From Phoronis australis (Eukaryota > Animalia > Phoronida), in NCBI GenBank assembly GCA_002633005.1, contig NMRA01000006.1, positions 1,508,442-1,572,441 on the forward strand: DNA of 64,000 bases, given 5' to 3'. The notes under the pieces were generated by a model. It searched no databases, was not told the origin of the DNA, and saw only the letters and a list, made by a program, of their open reading frames with translations. Positions within the stretch are counted from its first letter, which is position 1. Each line of letters opens with the position of its first letter. Below, one piece after another: positions 36,001-45,920 of this stretch. Made by a program: the position numbers and the translations under genes.

Positions 36001-39000
36001 TGCTAGATGTTTGCCAACAACCCTGTGTGTGTTTGTGTGGATTTGACTGATAGTTTGTTGATGACTTAACTTCATTGTCCCCCGCCACGCAGTCAAACGC
36101 GAAGGAGGGACATCGTATTCATGTCTGTATGATGCATTGTTTTTGACTTTATATATTAAGAAGGTCAATTCTAATGTCCTTGATGTCATTTTCAAAGCTG
36201 TGAGAAATTTAGTTTTGATCTGAGGGATGCACCTGAGTGATATGTCAGGGTGGGAGGTTTCGATTTCGTTCATGTTGGCAAACTTGGCCTCATCTTCATG
36301 GTAGTAGCGAGTAATTTAAGAGTGGTCGTACATCTCAAGGAATCTGTTGACTGTGGAATTTAGGAGTTGGATTTAGAAAATGTTGGCCCGGCATCTTTAG
36401 AAGGTACAAGCTACCCAAACAATATAGCTCAGTCACCCAAGAACATAGCTCGGCACTCATTAACACGACTCACTGACCGTTAAAGTCAGATCACTGGCTC
36501 CTGAAAAGCCTCACACAACACGACTTAGGCATCCAAATGGCATGGTTCATGTAACACAAACATGACCCAAGGACGAAATGTTCACTTTTTTGTTTTCCAC
36601 TTTGCCATCTAGGGGCAATAAAAAGTACAATGTAGAAATCTCTAAAGACTATTCAGTTCTGTAGCAAAGTGCTACCTTTCCCCTGTCATTCTAGTCGCCA
36701 ATCCGATGGTTACGCACACATCATGAATATTATTAATGTCCAACAGTTTTAAGCCCCTGTCCTATGAATACATTTGTTTAAACAGATTTTTTGTGTAACA
36801 AATGACTACTTGGCTTCACGTGATTTGGTATGCCTGAGCACTTTTTTTCAAGTGTATACAGACCGCCTTGTTGCTAATTGCTGCATTTGACAAGTGTTGC
36901 AGCAAGACTCTTATTGCCGTGGCCTGCCTATCTAGGTTAGTCGGTCCTCACAGTACACATAATCATTCTCATGTTTTGGACGTTTTGTCTCATGCAGCAT
37001 GTGCTTTCCTTAGAATCAAATTTTGCTCCATGAACCACTTTCTCTCTCTTGTCCAGTTGTAGAGTACAGACAAGTTGAGTAAGCTGGCACTCATGGTACA
37101 GTCATTGCAATTCTGGAGCTTTCATATTAAGATAACTGAGCTGATGGTCGTTTTTCAAATGCATTGTATAGTGGTTGTCTGTTCGCAAATGTCCACTGAC
37201 ATCACTGAAAATTTGGAGACATGTAGAAACCAGGGTTGTATTTAGTAGGCGCAACAATTTAGCGAGTTAAGGTTGGATCAGATGACACGTGTCTTGAGAA
37301 ACTTTTGCACAAAAAAATGCTGAAAGTCTGCGTATTCATCCAATGCTTCTGTAGCTTGTGTCAGTTTTATATTTTTATATGATTGTTGTTTTGTCATTTT
37401 CGCACCAAAAAGCAGTTGTGTTCCGGTGATTTCAGTTCTAGTGCATACAAGAGATAAGTGTTGTTTTTTGTCTTGCGGTTTAATACTCATCAAGTTTTCT
37501 GTGATGTCACCGAATGTTTCCAAGCCATCAGCCGTCTGATACTGCATTTGAAAAACGACAGCAGACCGGAAATTCCCCAAATTAATGTACGTGTATGTTA
37601 TCAAGTGCCAAATGTTTGCAAAAAGCAGTCTTGCTAATTGGTTTGCTAAAATGGCTAAATGATTTCAAATGTTTTAGCAAACTGGGCTGAAGCATTTAAA
37701 GGCTATCATGAGCCTACTTTGATACACTGTACAGAGAGCGACGATGGCTGGGGTTCATGAGGATCAAAGTGTGTTCTTAAGCATTAAAGTGCATGAGAAC
37801 GTAAATACCCGCTGTAGCTCGTAAGGAACGAATTGTGCCCGTGAAAAAGAAAACCTTCGTGAGAACTTCCTTTCAGATTGTTTAGGGAGGACTGCTTACC
37901 TTGCTGTATATGCTGGCTTGTGTGTCACATTTAGTGTGTGAAACTACTGTCTGTACCAGTTACATGTGTTGGTTTATTATCGAATGTGCTTTCTTATTCT
38001 TCTAGAGATTCGGTTACACAATGACAATAAAAAGTCAGTCCTAACAATACCTGTTCTGCACAAGTAGAATGTTAGACTGTGCTTAAATCTTCTGTAGGGA
38101 GATCTTCAGTTTTTTTCAAGAAGCAAAAATGTTGCTTGCTCATTAAGTGAAGTTTGATATTTTGGGTGTTCCAAACGACACGCGTGTGCCTTATGTGCAT
38201 TCGCCTTTGAGGGTGTACGTTCTCCCAGACTTTCCTGACTTTATAAGTGTCTGTTCACAAAACATGATAAAATGAAAAGTGCAATCTGTCCGCTCACAGT
38301 ATCCCGATTTCGGTATTCAAATATGGAACCATCTGCTGACATTCCCTGACCAAGGATCATGCAAATCCCAGAATTTGTTACACTCACCAAATATATGAGC
38401 CAACACGCATTGTCAATACGTTTGTCATCGTCCACTTCAGGGAAACTAACCCGCCAGATACTGATCTGCTTACAGTTCCAAGAGGGTCTTTTCGAGACCA
38501 ACCTTGTTGCATTATCACGACACCTGGTGGTTTACTTTGCTTACTTTCTGTGTAGATAAGTCGAATAGAATACATCCACTCCAAAAACTTCATCCACCGT
38601 GACGTCAAGCCAGACAACTTCCTAATGGGCCTGGGCAAGAAGGGCAATCTGGTGTATATCATTGACTTTGGCCTAGCCAAGAAGTACCGGGACGCGCGCA
38701 CCCACCAGCACATCCCCTACAGAGAAAACAAGAATCTCACGGGCACGGCCCGCTACGCCAGCATCAACACACATCTGGGTATAGGTGAGTTGAGAAACGA
38801 CCTCGTTGACGGGAGAGAACGCATGGCGAGTGGATTTGGGGTTGTGGTTTCAGAAATCCGAAGGCCGGAGAAAGTTTTGCACAGCCTTTGAAGCCTTGGT
38901 TCATTATCACACAGTCCACGTAAGAACTAGTTCTCATCAAGGCTCTCTGTAGACTACCGTGCCTTAAAGTTCAGTCGGATCTTGGCTTTGCCTGGACATA

Positions 39001-41772
39001 GTTTTGCAGTTGATCTCAGTATTTCCAACAAGTATGATTTTGCCGTTTTAGAATACAATTTTTGTCCAACTTGTATTGAGTTTTCTTATTGTTTTTACAA
39101 GGACTTTAAGATTTTCACTGTTGAAAGAGTTGCATTCACTGCAGTTCTGTGTCCACATCTGGTCGTGTAACTGTCACCGTTTCATTCCCGCTGTAGAACA
39201 AAGTCGGCGAGATGACATGGAGTCGCTGGGCTACGTCTTCATGTACTTCCTGAAGGGTAGTCTGCCTTGGCAGGGCCTTAAGGCGGCCACCAAGAGACAG
39301 AAATACGAAAGGATCAGCGAAAAGAAAATGTCCACACAGATAGAGGACTTGTGCAAGGGCTTTCCCAGTGAGTATTATTGTCGTAGGAGGTGGTAGTGAC
39401 AAAAATTAATGCGCGACACCTTCTGGGAGGGCCTGTTTATTAAAGGCTTTATGGCCTTGACTAGTTTGGCTTACTTGGTTCTTGTTAGAAAATCCAGTTT
39501 GAAGTATTGGGAGATTTGGCAGCTGTTTAGCAAATTACAATATGTTTGCTTTTAGTAACAATTCGGTGCATTTATTGCAAGAACACACAAACTGCCCATG
39601 GTATGGACATAGGTATTCGAACACGTACATGAAATTTATGTTCCCGTCTTGCTTGAATTTTCTATTTTGGAGAGCATTGGTTATGAATTTTTTTCAGTGC
39701 GTGTATGTAGTTTTGAAGTGCAGGTTTGGAATTTGTACTGCAAATTTGGCGTTTGCTAGATTAGTGGATCCAAGCGGGAAATTTTGAGGCATGGAGTCAT
39801 TTCCACCTCAGAATTTGGTTTGTGGTGTTGTCATTAGTGTAATGCTGTTGAAGAGCCAAAACAATGGGGTCCATTTCAAAATTGTAGCTTTTAAAAATGA
39901 TGCTGCGTTAATGACCACAGTATGATACAACCATCTTAGTAACTGTGCATTTAAACTTTATTAATAAAATGGGTTCTTGAAGTTAACAAAGTCCTCATGG
40001 TTTTAGCATAACATCCATTTCAGTACGAGCACACTTGTGGGTATAACATAATAACACTAAACGAATGTGAATTACGTATAAGAGACATTGAACCAAGAGT
40101 TTTATGCCAAGTCAATTTTTAAAAAATCCGGTAACTCAGCACCATCTGTACTGATACAGAGCTGTCAGGTCTGTGTTGAATGGTTACATGTTGATTGTGT
40201 GTTACGGCAGTCTGAAACGAGGCACAAGTTTTCTCATTCGCATGTAAAATAGAAGACAGAATAAGAATTATAAGTGATGACTTGCTCTGCTTCATGTAAA
40301 TTGTCTTGCATTCAGATGTTCCGGGTGGTTCGTTATTTGTTTTTGCATGCATGTAATCTTTGCCCGCTGATAGATTCGTTGTCTTTTTGTACGATATCGT
40401 AATATCTGATTATAAGTTGTTACTAAAACTTTGTCCCTGTGGCATTTGCAGCCGAGTGTTCGACCTACCTGAACTTCTGCCGGTCGCTACGCTTTGACGA
40501 CAAACCCGACTATTCCTACTTGAGGCAGCTCTTCAGAAACTTGTTCCACCGCCATGGATTTACCTACGACTACATTTTCGACTGGAACCTGCTCAAATTT
40601 GTAAGCAGCACCCTTTGATAAGTTCCCCGTCGCATGGTCCCTCCCTCTCTTTCTCTTTATTAATGTTGTTTTCCGTTGTTGGATTTTACGTGGATTGTTG
40701 TTTATGCCCTCTGTAGGAATGAAGTCCGCAGTGATTTGTTACTACACCAAAGTCTTCAAAGAATTTGACATTGAATGTGTGGATTTTTTCACTTTCTCAC
40801 AATAGAATTTCTGTAATGCTAATGAGCATCACAAGCTGCGTTCAGTGGTGCACCCCATAATATCCAGTATGTATTACTAAAATAAGTCCCTTCCTTGTTA
40901 CTTGGTATGAGCTTGAATTCTTTCTTATTGTTTTCCTTGACGTGCAGTCAAAGATGTGGTGACAGTAATTGGGTCTTAGGTCAGGCTATTAGGGTCAGGT
41001 CAATTTTTCAGCCTTAACTGATTCAGACCCTTGCCTGTCTTCCCAGATAATTAAAAGGCTGATGCTCAAACTCCGTATGTGCTACAGTACATGCCAAAAG
41101 TAATCAGGGAAAATACAATTTCCCCGTTATGATGGGTCAGTATCTGCCATGTCAGGTCATGCTATTTATTCACTTCGAAGGTGAATTTCACTTGCGCTCG
41201 GTCACCTTGATGGGGAAATCCACCTGCGCTCAGTCGCCATGACAGAGAGTTCCGGGTCATTTTGTCTGATTTTTCATGGCGTGAACTGTACCTCACAAAT
41301 GCTTGCTTGTTAATTTTCTGCCTGCCTAGTCCCTTACGTAATCTGTTCAGTGCCCAAATACTTTTCACTTATGCCTGTTGAATGTTGTATGGGTGTTCAG
41401 ATCCCTGATGTGGAGATAGAGCCATTGGCGTTAAGCTTCACAAGTTATGTTGTAATGTTTCATGGTGTTTAGCCTCTGTTGTACTGTGCTGCATGTTGCT
41501 GTCGCTAGAGCATGTTCACCCTCCTTGCGGTGGCTTTTGACCATCTCGACCCCTGTCCCCTAGGGGGGTCTGTCTGCATGCCCGGCCCCGTTCTAGTGCT
41601 GTGTCTGTCTCTCTCGTTTGCAGGGCGGTCCGGGTTCGCGTGCGGCACATGAAGACCGTTGCAAAGACCAGCTGAGAACACCGGTAAACCATCTGCGTGT
41701 TGAGTCACATCGTTTGCCAACGTCCGACTAAACTAATCACCATCCCCTAGCTTGGGTTGGCCGCCATGTTTC

Positions 41773-41804
<32 letters not shown>

Positions 41805-43155
41805 GAAGGGTGCCTGGGTGTCTGGACTAACTAGCATTTTTAACCTGCTTTAGGTTGTGATGTATCAGTCGAAAGATTTGGTTGAGGTTGAGAAATAATC
41901 GGAATGTTAACGTGTGCTTGTGTCCAAAGAGCTTCTGTTGAGAGTTACCGTTCAACATTGTACTAGCAGTATTTAATCCCTTCTACGAGCTAACGTGTAT
42001 TTGCATGTTGTGAACCTGTTGTTCTTTGCCTATGATATGTCGACCTTGTCTACAATGACAAAAATTCCATAAACGCTCGACTAGTTATTCATGTTCTATA
42101 TGCACCTTATCGAAATTTTGGCCGTGCGTCACTCTTTGACTTTGTCCAGTGTTTTGCATGCTGATGTCATTTTTGTCTATGCTATTTTATCTGTGTACGC
42201 GTTTACCCGAGTACTGAGTTCGGTTGCCTTATAGGTTTGCGTATTACGCACTCCTGCTTACGAATTGTGCACTCAGTGTCAATTCCTTTGTTTATGTAAT
42301 GTATAAAAAGTTGCTACTGTTCTTTTAAAAATCTTTTTTAGATCGAATTTCCCAGTTCATTTAGCCTCTGAAAATTCGTATGAGATTTGAAAATGAAGAC
42401 CTACTGTATAAATAAAACAATTTTATCCAGCAGTGAGCCAACGCAGATACTTCAGTAAAACCTGTGCTCACCTTAAAATTCATGGTGTACTTTAACGGAG
42501 CAAAAGTGTTTTAGTTATGATTTGATGCAACTCCCCATGGTAGTGAAAGTCTGTGCTTCTGAGACATTGGTGTGGAATTTGTCCATGCTGGTGACAGGGG
42601 TAGCGATAGTAGTTTCTTGTAGAGACTGATGGAAGTTTTACGTTCCATTTGTTGATTGCAGGGTGGCACTGGTGCTGATGATCGTACGCGTCACCACATC
42701 CACAGCTCAACGACGCGCGCCGTCCAGGGGACGAGTACGGGCCGGATACGCAGCTCCGACCATGCTGCTGGTGCTACAGCTAGTCCATCGGCCGACTACG
42801 GAGGTAGGTCGGGCGTCACTGCTGCAGGGAGTCCTGGTCATCTTGTGGGGGGATCCTGAGTTGCCCGTGTGGGCATTACTGACCGTAGTGAATATTGAGA
42901 CGGGCATGGGTAAAAATAGTGTTATGATTACGTGAAACTGCTTGAATTTTGCAGTTTTGTTTTTGGTTATGGATTTTGGTTTAGTTATTTTACATATCAT
43001 TTTTCTAAGAATTCTCTAACTAATTTATCTTTTGAATTGTGGTATTGAATTTTCTTAAATTATTTTTCAATAAGTAATTTAATTGCAGTCACTTTGAACA
43101 ATTTCTATTCAGTTGTGGCTATCCGTGGTGCTTGTATTCTTATGTGTCTGTGCAT

Positions 43156-43187
<32 letters not shown>

Positions 43188-45920
43188 GCTGTCATTGCTG
43201 TAGAATAGGCGTGTGTTAAGCTTACCCTGATGCACTCTATGCAAACTATGGGCTTCACTGAAACTCTCTAGTCTATGCATCCAAAAGGTCTCCAAAGATC
43301 CTTCACTGCCTCTTTCTGCTAGTGCCTCTCCAGCTTCTCTTGAAATAATTCACCATCACTGTGAATTGAAAAGGGAGCCTTGTAATCCACTGTTCTCATT
43401 CACGTAATGTTGAATGTCGATACATAATCCAAGATATTCTGTAAACGTGTTGGCGCATGTGTTAGTGACCTACTTAATGGTGAGTTTTGTCTTCCTCCTC
43501 CTACTTTGACGAGGTTGTAGCGGTTTGACTGATTTCAGATGTCAAGTTGTTCAGAAGGCATGTGGCTGGCACCTTCTATGTTGTTTGTTCTTAGAAGCAC
43601 CCCTGGTGTCGGCATGAGCATCTTTGGAGACTTGCACTGCTCTATTTTTCCTTTCACCTTTATCTCGCTCTATCTCTCTCTCTCTCTGTGCCACCCGTAG
43701 ACCCTGGCCCTGATCGAGTGCTTGTGCGGCCACAGACTCTGGAGCCGGCAGCCCTCCTTGCCGACCGGCCCCTAACCAGGTCACAGTCCAAAGACAAAGG
43801 CGGTGGTCTGACCCGACAGGCAGACTTGCGACCTTCTGGTCGCACAGCCAGTGCTCAGCCCAGACTGTCTGCCAATATGCACGGTCTACAGCCGGGCTCT
43901 TCAACAAAGAAGCGCAAGGAATCTGATGATTCGCGTCTACGTAGTGGGTCCTCTCGAAAGTCTGCACTTTCAAGGCCAAAGATGACAAATAACTAGCAGC
44001 GCCATCTGTTGTGAAGGAATTATCATTTTGGTTTTGGGACACTTGGTTCTGTTGTAAAAGGGTTGTCCTCATCACCTCCATTGTTGTAACGGGTCAAGAT
44101 ATAACTATATGAATCATGATTTTGAGTTTGTTGAACATCAAATCCAGTAATGTCTGGTGTTAGCCAGCTCTGTTGTACTCAATTTCCTAACACCTCAGTT
44201 TTTAGTAATGTGTAAATACTGTGTGCATATCCGTTTTATTTATTATATTTCTCAATAATTTCTATCAATTTGGAAGTGATCTGTATTGTTCCGTTTTTAT
44301 TGTTTGTGGCCGTTACTATCCACAAGTGCTGTGTATCTGCTGGGCTGAATAAACAAGATGAGTCCAAGAGTAACAGTGCACTTGTTTATGTTGAGTACAC
44401 TAGGAAATGGAGGTTGTCTCAGTCAGAATTTTTTTACAATTGCATTTATTTCATTATCGTTCATGTTGTTCTCTTGAACTGTATCCGTGTACATAATAAT
44501 ATTCCTACAGAGTTCAGGCGTCAGGAGTTCACTGTGGTTCACTGTGAAATGTGTTTGTAACCACTCCAAGTTTTTGTATGAAACGAACTTTGTCATAGTC
44601 TGTGTTGTTATCTGTTTCGTTTGTGTTTAATGTTTGCCACTGTTCAACTTATTTGTTGCCTTTGAACCACTACTGTAGAAAGTGTGAACTTTCATAAACG
44701 CTGATTTGATGAATTTGATGAAGCAGTTTTCAACAGCTGCTGTTACGTATGGCATGAAGACTCCCTCACTATTGACTTAAGTGACAAAACGAGTTGGTAC
44801 CAAGACATAAAAACTTTGTTATCAGACTCTATACACTATGGATGTTAATCACATCTCGAAACGTTAGGCCGGATTTTCTAAATCCATTTGCTAGACATTG
44901 CGAGCAGGGTATGTCGAAATATCCAATACTTAGTCCATGGGTGTTTTACGTAGATTCGAGACACTCGCGTGCTTCACTTGCAATAAGTGGCGACATCTTT
45001 TGACGACTTGCGTTTTTGCAAGTTTCTTTTGTCTGCGAAATACAGCCGTTATCACAGCTGATTGGCCAGTGTATTTTTATGTTCATAGATGATTGGTGAG
45101 ATTATATATATATATTTATATGCGAATCTGACCACTAAATGGTTTCATTACCTGTTGCCAACAGCCAAGCCTTGGGTTGCTGACACTACTTTGTTGAGGC
45201 TGGCGCATGATCACTGTACTAACATTGTTCGTAGTTTTCGTTGAGTAACCCTAACCTACCACCTTAGACTTTGTTCTGATAGTAACTGTAAACGTGTTCT
45301 CTGCTCTGTTCTGTGGTGTTGGCTTAACCTTATTTCTACCCCCAATGACTCAGTGGTGCAAGAAATGGTGACCTCACCTTCTCATGACAGTGAGTAGTGA
45401 TGAACGACTCTGGGTCACAATTTAATGAGAACTGTTCTCTCGTAAAAAAGACGGGTTTCAACTGTCTTTGTGAAATTTTAAATTCACTTTACTTTCTGTT
45501 AGTAGTATTTTGAAGGAGAGGGGTAATTTTTCTTTATTTTGGTTTGCTGGATTTCCAATTGGGTTTCTGTTACTTGGGTTTGCTGACAGTTTGCTTCACT
45601 GGAATTCCCTTTTATCGCGATGGTATGGGCTAGTGCCCTGTCCACCACGTGGTCTTCATGTCTTGCTAACCACCGAGTCGTGGGTTCTGTGTCGTCTGCA
45701 CTACTAATGCATGCTTTGTTAACCTCGTTCTACAGCCGCTCCCTCACCTAGTCGTCCAATCTCTCGTGCAGAACGCGAGCGGCGGATCAGCCAACGGCTG
45801 CACCGTGGCCAGCCACCTCTGATGACTAACCCGGAGCTGGCGCGTGAAGGCACGCGGCTGTCAAGCATGGGCCCGCCGGCGTCCAATACCCGCAAGACCA
45901 GCGCTAGCGCTCGGAGGTGA
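23994..45920 (+). CDS. CSNK1D: Casein kinase I delta/epsilon (doubletime-like); exons 23994-24069, [31179-31289 | 31482-31592], [34692-34840 | 35313-35461], 38556-38784, 39197-39367, 40452-40600, 42662-42803, 45736-45920 (403 aa), plus alternative tails
   Basis: [26 protein letters not shown]...EEVAIKLE...[10 protein letters not shown]...DFG...[15 protein letters not shown]...LPWQGLKA...DWNLLKF. Exon sizes 76/111/149/229/171/149 match the vertebrate CSNK1D/E layout as I recall it. The tail contains the delta/epsilon-type motif [20 protein letters not shown]. This is a co-ortholog of CSNK1D and CSNK1E. Confidence 0.95.
26042..27171 (+). repeat. ~560-bp direct duplication joined by single N (26601); probable haplotype overlap artefact
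   Basis: 26042-26600 versus 26602-27171 differ by a few SNPs and one short indel. Confidence 0.85.
29990..30095. mobile_element. Short hairpin/MITE family copy
   Basis: GAATTTTGAGAACCAGTT...AACTGGTTCTCAAAAT with complementary outer arms. Confidence 0.7.
31179..31289 (+). CDS. CSNK1D: CK1 exon 2a (canonical)
   Basis: aaacag|GC...GGAG|gtaggt; [37 protein letters not shown]; 111 nt. Confidence 0.93.
31482..31592 (+). CDS. CSNK1D: CK1 exon 2b (paralogous alternative exon)
   Basis: caactag|GT...GGTG|gtaagt; [37 protein letters not shown]; 111 nt, same phase, K38 and E52 retained. Confidence 0.85.
34692..34840 (+). CDS. CSNK1D: CK1 exon 3a
   Basis: ttttcag|TG...CTA|gtaagt; [50 protein letters not shown]; 149 nt. 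Confidence 0.9.
35313..35461 (+). CDS. CSNK1D: CK1 exon 3b
   Basis: gtttcag|TC...CTA|gtaagt; [50 protein letters not shown]; 149 nt. Confidence 0.9.
38556..38784 (+). CDS. CSNK1D: CK1 exon 4 (HRD, DFG, activation loop)
   Basis: [44 protein letters not shown]...ASINTHLGI; 229 nt, GT-AG. Confidence 0.95.
39197..39367 (+). CDS. CSNK1D: CK1 exon 5
   Basis: [44 protein letters not shown]...; 171 nt. Confidence 0.95.
40452..40600 (+). CDS. CSNK1D: CK1 exon 6 (end of kinase domain)
   Basis: [49 protein letters not shown]|gtaagc; 149 nt. Confidence 0.95.
41624..41731 (+). CDS. CSNK1D: CK1 candidate alternative exon 7a (short terminal tail; internal donor at 41683 also possible)
   Basis: Strong acceptor ctctctcgtttgcag; phase-0 [35 protein letters not shown]; AATAAA at 42411. 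Confidence 0.6.
   Translation, partial: GGPGSRAAHEDRCKDQLRTPVNHLRVESHRLPTSD
41774..41803 (+). repeat. (CTG)10 microsatellite
   Basis: Seen directly. Confidence 0.95.
42662..42803 (+). CDS. CSNK1D: CK1 exon 7b (tail)
   Basis: ttgcag|GGTGGC...GGAG|gtaggt; [15 protein letters not shown] resembles vertebrate ATRGLPSTASGRLRG. Confidence 0.8.
43156..43188 (+). repeat. (TTG)11 microsatellite
   Basis: Seen directly. Confidence 0.9.
43701..43996 (+). CDS. CSNK1D: CK1 candidate alternative terminal exon 8a (basic, Ser/Arg-rich)
   Basis: Long (TC)n tract then ccgtag|; phase 1 is compatible with exon 7b; ~98 codons open, including STKKRKE; AATAAA at 44348. Confidence 0.65.
45736..45920 (+). CDS. CSNK1D: CK1 terminal exon 8b (conserved delta/epsilon tail)
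   Basis: ctacag|CC...; [28 protein letters not shown]...ARR*, similar to vertebrate [21 protein letters not shown]. Confidence 0.85.

Noticed and set aside
43551-44081. 176-aa minus-strand ORF
   Set aside because: Antisense shadow of CK1 exon 8a and its (TC)n tract.
30522-45651. CACGTG E-boxes within the CK1 gene (30522, 36817, 45646) as clock feedback sites
   Set aside because: A few hexamers over more than 15 kb is compatible with chance, with no clustering near the promoter.
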